From NCBI GenBank assembly GCA_951406725.2, contig OX597825.1:84692001-84756000 (forward strand): a DNA stretch of 64,000 bases. The letters are read 5' to 3'. A program made the position numbers and the translations under genes. The DNA comes from Octopus vulgaris. Its lineage: Eukaryota. Positions 41,192 through 53,614 of the stretch are shown piece after piece (within the stretch, counting starts at the first letter, position 1; each line of letters starts with the position of its first letter). A model generated the notes under the pieces. That model had not been told where the DNA came from and made no database searches. It worked only from the letters and a program-made list of their open reading frames with translations.

Positions 41192-42793
41192 ATGCTGTTG
41201 TATACGTGGGAAAGAGTAGCAATGTCTACGTAAGAAAATGACCAAAAGTTACTTGGTCAAAGTTCCAAACTTGCCAATACTGTTACACGGCAACTCCCAA
41301 AAGCACAGCGAAGAAAAGCCGATCGAAATATTGTAATAAATTTTTAATGTTAATCGTCCATCTTTACTGTAAACACGATAGGATTGTCTCTGTAATGCTA
41401 AAAACTTGTGTTTTTCATTGATAATTGAAAATGCTGTACATCACAGTCTGTAAAGCCTGTCACATTTAGTGGACAGTAATGTCTGAGATTATTAATATAG
41501 TTCGCTATTCAAACTTCACTTGCAGATAACAGTTTACTCGAAGAAAACTTTCCGAGTTGCGGAAGCCAGAAATATACTTTCGCACAAACAAAACCTTCTA
41601 TTAAGATACCTGTATTCTGTTCGCAATCACCTCAAATCTGTAGATATACATAAATACATACATACATACATACATACACACACACACATTCATATATACA
41701 TACATACGCACACGCACACATACTTATTTATATATATACACACTATACACATATATAAATTAAAATAAGTACATGTATATATATATATACATATATACAC
41801 ATATATATAGATTCATATATGCACATATATATATATATATATGCATAACAGATTTAATATATACTTTAACCATATAATAACAGTCTTCTGTAATTTTTTT
41901 CACTCTATTTTGTCTTTTATATATCCACCCACGTGCTTTCACAAACCAGCACACACACCTACACCCCCCCCCACACACACAGACATTTGATATTTAATTA
42001 ATATTATATAATTTCTATTATATAATATTATATAATTGACAAATTAAACTTAAATGTTGAAGTGAATCGAACGGCTTTTGTGTGTTTCTTAAATGGCTTA
42101 CAAACACCTTCCACGCTGCAATTGTTTTGGTTTCAGCACACGATCTCAGATCAAGTCACTCGCTATGCGAGTACATCTCCGTAATATATAAGTTCTATAC
42201 GATACTATAATAATACTATAATAGATCCATAGCGTCCCTTAATTCTATTCCTTTCTCTCAAGGTTCCTTTTTCTCTACGTTATGCATTTGCTTTACGTTT
42301 GGCTAAGAATGAGTCAGGCGAATTCCTATGACAGAAATAAGGTATTTCAGATGGGTGATGATGAACTCTGCTCAGCAAAACAACGCACGGTCGTTCGAGA
42401 CCAGAGCCAGTCACGTAGTGATTATCTATACATTAGATTTACCACTAGGCTGCGCAACGTCACACACACACACACAAACGTTTGCGCGCGTGCAAATGTA
42501 AATGTTCATCATATTAATCTTGGTACGACCGTGATATCTTGTAGTCTATATACTAGAAATCTATTTTCCCACCAAATATGAATAATTATTTACATCGCCT
42601 TTCCTCTTACGAATATCTCCCTTCATAACATCCACTTAATGCTACACACACACGCATGTATATACATGTGCGTATGTGTATATATATATGTATGTATGTA
42701 GATATATATATATCTAAGTATTTGTTTATCGCATATCAATATGTGACCACTTCTTATATTTTTATGTAGATATATATATATCTAAGTATTTGT

Positions 42794-42937
<144 letters not shown>

Positions 42938-44025
42938 GGCACCGCGAGTGTCGCGTTGCTCTCAAGCAACTCTGCCGTCCTGGGTCGACCTTGAGTGACT
43001 TCAACACAACCAAAGCATTCTATATGGGTTTAGTGGAGGGGAGGTACGACGACGAGCTCGGGGCGAACCTGGACGTCGACGAGGAGTACCTGACCCGCCT
43101 GTTCAGGACGACTTTCGGGCCAGGGCCCATGGACAACTTCCAGAGATCCCTGGCCTGGCAGTGCTACCGAGAAGCGCTACCCGTTCGGGATAAGCTCTAC
43201 AGACACGGCTCGAGAAACACGGGGCCGACCTGCCCGAGATGCGGTCAGAGCGACGAAACCGTTCTGCACGCACTCGTGCAGTGTCCAACAATTTCCGACC
43301 TGTGGGCTTGTGTCGAACAACTGCTGTCACGTGTGGGACGAGTCGGTTTATCAGCTGAGTCTATCGTCAATATTGTCACGCCTCCCTCTTTCAAACGGGA
43401 AGGAAGAGCTATTTTCATCATCCTTGTGGCTATGGCGAAAGAATGTATCTGGTGGACGCGTCTGAAAGGATTGGAGACAAACACTTTCCTCTCTGGTCAA
43501 TCTCTCATCAACTTCTTCAAGTACCACTTGAAAAGGAAAGTGAGAGTAGAGAGGCAAAGTTTTGTCTAGCGAATGTTTTAAAAAAAGATGGGTGAATGTA
43601 GCAAGAATGGCACGTATGAATGACGAAGCCACCTTGAGCATGATCCTATGAACCCAGAAATTGAAAACAGAGAGTTGCTTATTTGCAAAAAAAAAAAAAA
43701 AGAAATATAACATGTGACTCCATTGACCGAGGTTACCGTGGTCTTTTCCGTAGGCTCTTCTTTCCACGGGTAAACCTCACCTGTCCTCCCCTGTACACTT
43801 CATATTGACATTTCTGTGATAACGATCCCTATTGATCAATTTTTTTTTCCTCTCCCCCTTTTTTTTTAACCCCCCTTTTTTTGTCCTCTTTCTCTCCTTT
43901 TACGATCCCTTTTGATCGAAACTCCCCTTCCTTTTTTTTTTTTTTTTATAAACCTTCAAAAGAAAAGCTCTACCTTGTAATTTGTTCTATCTGTGTGCAG
44001 CCCTGTGTGGCTAATAAAGAAACAT
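42938..44025 (+). mobile_element. Tx1/L1-clade LINE, 5'-truncated: ORF2 C-terminus (zf-RVT) and 3' UTR
   Basis: AWQCYREALPVRDKL..CPRCGQSDETVLHALVQC (CCHC zinc knuckle) and MAKECIWWTR. A frameshift near 43557 extends the frame to about 43650. Pyrimidine-rich UTR ending aataaagaaa. Confidence 0.88.
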
Positions 44026-44087
44026 ATCTATCTATCCATCTATCTAGCTATTTATCTACCTACCTACCTACCTACCTACCTTCCTAA

Positions 44088-44139
<52 letters not shown>

Positions 44140-44160
44140 ATATCTATATATCTATATCTA

Positions 44161-44208
<48 letters not shown>

Positions 44209-44415
44209 CATATCTTTGTATGTATGTATCAAAGTATATGTGGTTACGCATATGTGTTTTACCTGGAAAAGCTCTGAAACGGTGGCTTCTCGAGAAAAAT
44301 GAATTTGTTTTGCACAAAATGTCTCCTAAAGAGAAGGTCATCCTTAAATGATAATAAAGATATGTAATTTTCTACTGGAAGTAAGGAAAACGGTACTACT
44401 CGCTATCTGTCACCA

Positions 44416-44449
<34 letters not shown>

Positions 44450-44704
44450 CCTCTGTATATGTATAGTCGTTCACGCATTGGTTTCATTTTGTTTAAAACC
44501 TTGTCTTCTAATGTTTACTTTCATTTTATCACAACTATCACATTCAAAACCTGTTTTCTGATTGAGTAAAAATGATCAAGCTTCAAAACACTAGAATTGA
44601 ATAAGTGTGACTGGGAGAATCAACATACAACTCCGCTAAAATGACAACTAAAAAAAAAAAGTATGTATATTTTAAACAACTTGTACATGTATGAAATTAC
44701 TTAC

Positions 44705-44816
<112 letters not shown>

Positions 44817-44820
44817 TTAT

Positions 44821-44863
<43 letters not shown>

Positions 44864-44867
44864 TATA

Positions 44868-45145
44868 TGGGTACAGGACGTCATAGAACGTAAACAGCAT
44901 TAAAAAACGAAATACGAAAACATGGAAGGCGAAGTTTCTTTGCAAACAACGAACGAAGCAAATGGAAAACAAGGCAAGTAACATAAAGAACGACCCGTCA
45001 TCAGTTGTCGGCTGTTTTATCTACTCCGCATTTTCGAGCAACTACGACAAGATACCCCTTCGTTAAAACAGTTGATCCTGCAAAGCAAATTAAATACAAT
45101 TTTCGATTTGCGTAGGGTCAAAGTTGGTAACTAAGACAAGACAGA
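44868..45145. repeat. Interspersed repeat between (TA)n tracts, related to 18235-18420
   Basis: Shared sequence blocks with the 18.2-kb copy. Confidence 0.6.
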
Positions 45146-45207
45146 GAAAAGAAACTGTAAGGGCTGCTAAGCAATATCGAGGTGACGTGGCGAACTCAGG
45201 AGGTACA

Positions 45208-45247
<40 letters not shown>

Positions 45248-45252
45248 AAAAT

Positions 45253-45288
<36 letters not shown>

Positions 45289-45298
45289 TTGTGTGTTG

Positions 45299-45477
45299 TA
45301 TATGAATAAATGAAAGGATGGGTTGAAGGAGGCTCCCTTGCTTTCCCGATGAGAAAATTGCATAATGCACCCTTTATTCCTTTGGAATGAAAACATGTTG
45401 ACTTCGAAACATATGTCGAGAGTAAATGAATTTTGTTAACATCTTCGTTCGACTCCATTCTTTCATTTATTCATATA
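45299..45477 (+). mobile_element. About 180-bp PLE-type mini-element with inverted ends, in (TA)n
   Basis: Imperfect terminal inverted repeat of about 29 bp (tatatgaataaatgaaaggatgg / ccattctttcatttattcatata) enclosing a hammerhead motif. Confidence 0.75.
45338..45425 (+). ncRNA. Type I hammerhead ribozyme candidate (U4C core variant)
   Basis: TTGCTTTC-CCGATGA-GAA...TTC-GAAA-CATATG-TC-GAGAGTAA: 8-bp stem I with two G-U pairs, palindromic stem III, GUC site at 45415-45417. Confidence 0.72.
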
Positions 45478-45480
45478 TAT

Positions 45481-45535
<55 letters not shown>

Positions 45536-45539
45536 CAGC

Positions 45540-45750
45540 AAGGCCGGTTAAGGGGATTACTTTATGCTTCCCGTCCATAAAATGTTTAGCTTTATGGCGT
45601 ATCATCAGATCCCAAAAACATGTTGGCCCATGACCCCTTAAAAATATTTTAAGAGTTCATGGGCCAACAAGATTTAGGGATCTAACAAAGCACCTTAAAG
45701 CTAAACCCTTTATGGACAGGAAGCCTAAGGTAACCCCATAACTTGGCCTT
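45540..45750. mobile_element. Spacerless foldback palindrome (MITE-like)
   Basis: Arms mirror around aaaatatttt at 45641-45650 (for example tgttggcccatga / tcatgggccaaca, and aaggcc / ggcctt). Confidence 0.8.
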
Positions 45751-45827
45751 CCCATTTTTAATATATACTGATCTACATATTAGAGCGTGCTTCTTTCGGA
45801 TTGATGTTTTTTACAAAGGATATATTT

Positions 45828-45905
<78 letters not shown>

Positions 45906-46246
45906 CACAGAAGTTAGCGTGTTATATTTGAAGTCCCTTAAAATAGTTTTGCGTAGGTGATTCGCATACAATATTTTGGAATTTACGCGTTTCTGAATGT
46001 AAATAATAGCTAGAAACAGTGACGTACATTATTGACAACCATTGTGGCGAGATATCTTGTATCAAATCACATGTACAAACTGCTTGAAACTGGCGTATAT
46101 TCTTTTTCACACCCACTCAAAAAAGTCATCTTGACATTTATGACGTCGACGTATTTATATATCTATAGCTATATATATCTATATCTTTCTCACATTGTCA
46201 CTCTTCACACATACATACACACAAACACATTCCTCTTTCTCTCTCC

Positions 46247-46302
<56 letters not shown>

Positions 46303-47069
46303 GTTTAAATATTTATTGGCTAAACTGGCAAAATGACCATTCCGAAATATAACAATATATATGTGTGTGTGTGTGTGTATGTATATATCCATACATATGT
46401 ATGTATGTATGTAAAAATGTCTGCACGTAAATCTTGTTGCTGAACAAATTCATACATATATGCTTGTATTTACGAATGTAGGACATCATAAACGAAATCG
46501 ATTATTATACATCTTCAAAAGTTGTTTATCACATTATTATTCTCATTAAATTCACTTTAAATTCCAGACCAACAGATGTTTCTGCTGCTTATATGTTCTA
46601 ATATGCTTTTGATGTGTCATCTCTGTGCATTTTTTTAATGCAGTGTTATTGCCAATTGAAATATGCTTGTGACATGTTTGAAGCAAGCCATTCACTGTAG
46701 GTACACTTAAAGCAGATCGCAGTGCCACCTATCCAGACTGTGAGATGGAAATATTTCGGAGCAGTTATCTCCTCTTCAATCCCAGGGTCAGCTGCGCGAT
46801 GATACGGAAGGTTTTCTTTCTTTTGCTAATGCTGTCATCGTGCAAAGACTGGTAGCACTTATCGACGGCTCACTGGGTACAATTTACGGGTTGAAAGCGT
46901 TAATCAGTGATGTGCATAAATGTAATGTTCTTAGCACTTCAAATATGACGGTGCCACGTTCGAACTCGTAAGCAAGCCATTTAGTGTGTATGTATGTATG
47001 TATGTATGTATGTATGTATGTATGTATGTATGTATGTATGTATGTATGTATGCATGTATGTATGTATGC

Positions 47070-47147
<78 letters not shown>

Positions 47148-47199
47148 GCTATCTATCTATGTATGTATGTATGTGTATATGTGTATCTCTTCTATATTT

Positions 47200-47750
47200 T
47201 AATTGTTATAAATCTTCCACTGAGGGGAGAGCCGGTTTCTAACAGAGATACCAGGCTCCGTCTTCGAGACGTAGTAAACACAGACAAATTCACACTTGGA
47301 ACTTGAGAAAAGTTTTGCATATTTTTACTGTTCCACTCACAGATCGCACTTGTAATGTACGAATTAAGTGGTAGACTTCTCTTTCTTAAAATCGCAGTTT
47401 ATGAAGATTCTCATTTAAGCATTTACTAACAAAACCTAGTACTTCAATTATTATGGGTATGAATATGAATTCATAGTCTGGATATAAAAGCTGGAGGCTT
47501 CGAAGCAGTTGTCCATAGATATCCCATTTTTCTTCGATTTTGAAATAAATATTTACGTCTGAAGGGCGATAAACTCTATGACGATACATACCTTTGCCCC
47601 TCTATCCCAAACAATATCCGGCGTGGTATGTTTACATTTGACAGACGTTTTGGTGGGAATATTCCACCAGTATTCCTTGAGTTGGTGTTTATGAATGTAT
47701 TCCATAAGAGAGGGATTTTCCAAGTTTGTTTCAGGACGGTCGTTTTGTGG
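47200..47750 (-). mobile_element. RLE-type non-LTR retrotransposon 3' remnant (R4/Dong or NeSL-like)
   Basis: Minus strand EYWWNIPTKT..KHTTPDIVWDRGAKVCIVIEF, frameshift, PSDVNIYFKIEEKWDIYGQL..IPIIIEVLG: PD..E..K-K-Y restriction-like endonuclease signature. Confidence 0.8.
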
Positions 47751-47904
47751 ATAGCATTGTAAATGCCGAGGTCAACTTTACCTTTCGTGTTTTCGAGTTC
47801 GAAAAATTAAGTACTAGTTGCATACTGAGGTCGATCTACTGGTCCCCTCCCCAAAACTTCGAGCCTTGTCCCTAGAGTATGAAAGAACATTGCTTTGTTT
47901 ATCG

Positions 47905-48513
47905 GGAGACGAGCTAGGAGAAGCGTTAGCACGCGGTTAACGGTATTTCGTCGGCGAGCTGGCAGAAACGTTAGCGCGCCGGGCGAAATGCGCAGCCGTA
48001 TTTCGTCTGCCGTTACGTTCTGAGTTCAAATTCCGCCGAGGTCGACTTTGCCTTTCATCCTTTTGGGGTCGATAAATTAAGTACCTGTTACGCACTGGGG
48101 TCGATGTAATCGACTTAATCCGTTTGTCTGTCCTTGTTTGTCCTCTCTGTATTTAGCCCCTTGTGGGTAGTAAAGAAATAGGTATTTCGTCTGCCGTTAG
48201 GTTCAAATTCCGCCGAGGTCGACTTTGCCTTTCATCCTTTCGGGGTCGATAAATTAAGTACCTGTTACGCACTGGGGTCGATGTAATCAACTTAATCCGT
48301 TTGTCTGTCCTTGTTTGTCCTCTCTGTGTTTAGCCCCTTGTGGGTAATAAAGAAATAGGTATTTCGTCCGTCTTTACGTTCCAAGTTCAAATTCTGCCAA
48401 TATCAACTTTACCTTTCAGCTTGTCAAGTTCAATAAATTAAGCACCAGTTTCATACTAACGTCGATCTAATCGACAGGCCTCTTCCCAAAACTTCGTGTC
48501 TGGAGTAGAAAAG
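47905..48513 (+). mobile_element. Triple nested SINE: B1 host containing B2 + B2
   Basis: Old head 47905-47952, full B2 47953-48180, B2 body 48181-48357, B1 remainder from 48358. ggtatttcgtc is repeated at 47942, 48181 and 48358. A separate B1 fragment lies at 47763-47887. Confidence 0.9.
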
Positions 48514-48826
48514 ACTTTCCTCAATTTGTTTTATGGGTCAATTTGCGAGGATTTGTTCTTTCGCTATATATTTTCCTTAAACTTTTACACATAGAGAGAC
48601 CGTAGTTGCGCTAAAACGACACACGCTGCTTCAATGGTAAGGGCAGAGAATAGCAAACTAGGAGTGCATCCACCCCTAGAGCTAGGATGGTGTATGTGTG
48701 TTTAATGCTATACGCAAGGAGGAAAATATGGAGAATATATCATGCGTTTAAGTCAATGCATTTATGCATGTGTATGAGGGGGGTATATATATTCCTCTCA
48801 TATTGGCATAATATCAATCTATCTAT

Positions 48827-48868
<42 letters not shown>

Positions 48869-48951
48869 ATCTATCTATCTGTCTGTCTGTCTCTCTCTCT
48901 CTCTTTCTCTCTCTTTATATATATATACATACATACACACGTACACACGCA

Positions 48952-48997
<46 letters not shown>

Positions 48998-49116
48998 TAC
49001 ATATACATGAGCATGCATATACATTTATATACATACATATTTGCACAACTGCACAGACACACATACATACATAAACACACCCATATACACATATGTATGT
49101 ATATATATATGTATGC

Positions 49117-49226
<110 letters not shown>

Positions 49227-49786
49227 GGATTCTCGGCAGATAATTAGATCTCTGGTTAAAGCATGTTTTTCAGTAAGTAGTTCGTGACTAAGTTTTTCTT
49301 TAGGTTCTCAATGAGATTTCACTGGCAGTAATTACTCTCTATCGCTATTCGAATATTTCTTCTAGTAACATCCTTCTCCTCCCCTATACACACACACACA
49401 GGCACTCCCACACTCCCACACACATACACATACACACATTGACACATAAAATATGTATTCTGCATTAAGGGGAATTAGTATTGTGTTCGAATCAACGTTA
49501 ATGTGTCAGGGTTACAACAGCTCGGTATCGCATACCAAGTTCTATTAACTCTACGACTAATTTCTCAGAACTAACCATGAATACCACACAGCATCTCCTA
49601 TATCACCAAGTTCAGTGGATTGGTAATCTTGGTAGGAAGAATTTAATAAGAAACCAGTGGAAAATTTAAGTACAATTATTTGATTTTAGTGTCTGTCTGT
49701 CTGTCTGTCTCTTTTTCTCCTTCTCTCTGTCTCTCTATCTATCTTTTTTATGTATGTATGTATGTATCGATCTATCTATCTATCTA

Positions 49787-49837
<51 letters not shown>

Positions 49838-49974
49838 ATCTATTACCTACCTACCTATCTATCCATCTATATGGATAGATGGATATCTATCTACCTATCT
49901 AGCTACCTATCTATTTAAATCATCTATCTATCTATCTGTCTATCCATCCATCCATCCATCTATCCATCCACCCA

Positions 49975-50017
<43 letters not shown>

Positions 50018-50049
50018 CTATCTCTCTATCTATCTATCTATCTATCTAT

Positions 50050-51010
50050 CTATCAATTCCTTTCAGCGATGAAGGTAAAGTGAAGCGGCTCTTCACAAGC
50101 TGTTCCAATATACACCATCCATTAATATGAGATTTTCTTCAGATCCCGTGATTGTGGGTACTAATCCAAGTAGTCTGATTCATTTTTGTGCTCTTCTTTT
50201 GTGCAATTATCGGTAGCATTATCCATTTGAGTCGATGAAGTATTGTCCCGCAAGAATGAGCAATCATTAGTAAATAATGTATCTTCAGATGGACATAGCC
50301 TGACAAAATACTTATATAATCATTAGTAGTCATCTTGCCATGTAGAAAAACAGTTTCCAGGGAATTTATTGATATCATTGCCCAAAGCTTCACTGTTCCA
50401 ACTCCATGCCTCAGGGTAAGGTCCAAACATTAACGGTTAAAAGTTTTTGTGAGCTGTCTCCATATATATACTCGTCCCAATGTTGGAAAATGCCGAATAA
50501 TGATGAATCAGTGAAAATGACATAGTTCTCTTGAACCGGTGAATACCTCTAATAAAATAGACATCATATTATCCGTTAACTGATGTTAACTGAGGGCAGA
50601 AGTGACTTAACAGTTGCAGTCCTCTCTTGATATCTAGCATTCTGGATCTCACCACGAACGGTTTTACCTGACACACAGTTGTCAAGATGGCGTCTTAGTT
50701 CAGTTAACAATTTTGCTTCTGTTATTCGCTGGTTTCTAGACAATGCTTTTGGTTATTTTGCGATCCTTATCTGTGAGGCTTGACATTAGTACAAATTTGT
50801 GCTTCTTCATTCTGGATTTTATCATGATGCTAACGTTGTTTTAGAGACTTTAACATTCGCAGATCTACAGTTTAATTGATTGAAGCCAAGCCGTCCGTGC
50901 TTCAAAGACTGCTCTGTTTGTAAATCAGATACGTCGCACATTTTATGTCATTTTGAAACTAATATCCCAAAACAGTGGAGGGGCCAGGAAAAAAACAGTG
51001 AAATAAAATG
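50050..51010 (-). pseudogene. Highly degenerate Tc1-family element
   Basis: VIFTDSS..YIWR..LTLRHGVGTVKLWAMIS..HGKMTTNDYISIL resembles the Tc1 DDE core. Confidence 0.7.
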
Positions 51011-51082
51011 CATACATGGTGTATAGGAACCACATCTACATGGCTGAAATGAGTAAATAAAAGAATATATATATATATATAG

Positions 51083-51240
51083 CTGCAGGCGTAGACGTGT
51101 GGTAAGAAGCTTCCTTTTCCCAAGCATATGGATGTGGGTTCAGTCCATCTGCGTGGCACTTTGGGCAAATTTTTTCTACTATAGCCTCAGACCGACCAAA
51201 GCCTTGTGTGTGGATGGAGGTGGAAAGAAGCTCGTCGTAT
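51083..51240 (+). mobile_element. SINE family A, 5' half
   Basis: gcaggcgtagacgtgtggtaagaagctt..ctactatagcctcagaccgaccaaagcc. Confidence 0.8.
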
Positions 51241-51438
51241 ATATATGTGTATACACCCGTGTATATATATATATATATATATAAAATAAATATAAGAGAG
51301 TGGTCACTATATTGATCACTCTAGCACCAGTTAATCCAAAAGGTTTCAACCACGAAAACACATGTTTCCCATGAAAGCCAGTACGACTGTTAGCTCACAC
51401 GGACAGGGCAAATAAAAATAACAAAAATACAGATTATT

Positions 51439-51514
51439 TCGGGACAATTGTTTCGCTATTAATGAATTAAATGTAATATTACTTACAATAATCCATTTGT
51501 AGCTCGTCAGCCAA
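51439..51514 (-). ncRNA. Type I hammerhead ribozyme, minus-strand copy
   Basis: TTGG-CTGACGA-GCTA...TAGC-GAAA-CAATTG-TC-CCGA; one G-U pair in stem I. Confidence 0.82.
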
Positions 51515-51613
51515 GACTATCTGGATGAAATCCACTCAATCACACGCCAGATTTTACCATAACGATAAATACGCGTGTGGTTCAATTGATTACATCATTT
51601 CATCCAGATAGTC

Positions 51614-51689
51614 TTGGCTGACGAGCTACAAATGGATTATTGTAAGTAATATTACATTTAATTCATTAATAGCGAAACAATTGTCCCAA
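51614..51689 (+). ncRNA. Type I hammerhead ribozyme, canonical core
   Basis: TTGG-CTGACGA-GCTA-(41-nt loop)-TAGC-GAAA-CAATTG-TC-CCAA; predicted cleavage after C51685; palindromic stem III ACAATTGT. Confidence 0.87.
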
Positions 51690-51966
51690 AATAATCTGTA
51701 TTTTTGTTATTTTTATTTGCCCTGTCCGTGTGAGCTAACAGTCGTACTGGCTTTCATGGGAAACATGTGTTTTCGTGGTTGAAACCTTTTGGATTAACTG
51801 GTGCTAGAGTGATCAATATAGTGACCACTCTCTTATATTTATTTTGTGAAAATATTATAATATGTTATAAAATATTATAATAATCCAGGTTTCTCGTAGC
51901 ACTAGGCCACTTGGTGTGGAATAAATATACTATTAAATTAGTATCTAATTCTCTCACCCTTATTAA

Positions 51967-52009
<43 letters not shown>

Positions 52010-52019
52010 CACGGAACAA

Positions 52020-52275
52020 TCTCCTCTTGGAATACACGTGCAAATCGTTGAACATTGCACAGGCATTTGTACGCTTAGCGTTGCACTCAGTGACGTTCAG
52101 AGTGACAGTGATTATAACATTGATGGCCCTTTTAAATTACTGGTACAACTGCTTTCTGCCAGCTGAGTGGATTCGAGGAACGTGAAATAAGTTGTTGCTT
52201 AATGACAGACGCGTTGCCGGGAATCGAACCTTCAACTGTACGCTCGTGCGTCTAATACTTTAACCACTAAACTAA
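52020..52275 (-). mobile_element. Old tRNA-derived SINE
   Basis: Minus-strand head tagtggttaaagt...ggttcgattccc (A/B boxes). Confidence 0.65.
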
Positions 52276-52306
52276 GCGAATAATACATTAATCACGGGTA
52301 AACATA

Positions 52307-52582
52307 CAGGGGTGTGTGCAAAAGTAGGTACACCGTTATGAAAAAAGAAAACACATATAATTCTCCTTTATTTTTATCAAAAAAATTATAAGTTTGCCTA
52401 ATTTTTGATATTTTCAGTTTCATTAATCATAACAATGCATTTAACGTTACTATAATACTTTTATCATCGGTTCTAATATTTTGATACTTTTATCGTAACT
52501 TATATAATAGTTTTATGGTAACTTTTTAAATTCTGTGTTTTCTTTTCTTAATAACCGTGTACTTATTTTGCACCCGCTTCTA
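52307..52582. mobile_element. Tc1/mariner-type MITE
   Basis: Imperfect TIRs of about 48 bp (gtgcaaaagtaggtacac..gaaaacaca / tgtgttttc..gtgtacttattttgcac), TA-flanked. Confidence 0.7.
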
Positions 52583-53358
52583 TATCTCACTTACTCATTT
52601 GGGAACAAGATTAGTTGGTCAGCCAATCGCACGGTCGGTCAGTCTGGTGGTGGGAGAGTTGGTTTGTGGCCAGTAATCTTCATTATAGTTTTTGTCGTTG
52701 TTCTACTTGAAAGTAAAAGTATTAATGGCTGATGGTCGAAACGCTGATAGTTTTTGTTTTTACTTTGAGATCCGTAAACTGAAATTAGCAAGATGGTCAA
52801 ACTAATTATACGTTTGAGAAACATCTACAGTGATTGCTGCCTGATTAAATTTCGATAATGGCGAACAGAACAAAAAGAGGAAGATTTAAGTTTATACAGA
52901 GACAGCTACACATACATATACAGACACATATACGCATATACCAACACACACGCACACACACTTACATACATATATTCACATACACAAAACGTCTCTCAAC
53001 ATTTAACTACTTATAATGTTTTTTATCAAAATCATTATCAATCTATCTCATTAGTTACACACATACATGTACACACACACATGTAAATATATATATATAT
53101 GTGTGTGTGTGTGCGTGTGTGTCTGCGTGTGTGCGTGCGTGTGTGTGTGTATAATGTACATATACTTATATATATATATATGTATACATGTATATATATA
53201 TATAATATATGTATGCATATATATATACATATAGATATAGATAGATAGATTTATATATATATATACATATATACATACATGCATACATACATACGTACAT
53301 ACATATATACATACATATATATATGTATATATATATACATGCAAATATATATATATAC

Positions 53359-53435
<77 letters not shown>

Positions 53436-53543
53436 CATTGACAAGTAAATATATAAGTGGCTAATTAGGTAGATTGGTAATAATTTTGATAGAGCGTGAG
53501 AGAAGTCGTAAATGTATATATATATGTATATATTCTTTATATG

Positions 53544-53614
<71 letters not shown>

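Larger units (their letters stand above)
51283..51971. mobile_element. Non-autonomous PLE-type element: 249-bp inverted repeat, 65-bp spacer, about 125-bp 3' extension, in (TA)n
   Basis: 51283-51531 is the reverse complement of 51597-51845 with one mismatch seen (51440/51688). Same architecture as the PLE at 32257-34440. Confidence 0.9.

Noticed and set aside
44990-45045. Minus-strand CTGATGA with an upstream GAAA (permuted hammerhead?)
   Set aside because: Could not build consistent stems I-III by eye.
52600-52700. CCAAT-containing GC-richer patch as a promoter
   Set aside because: A single common motif with no supporting TSS or exon evidence.
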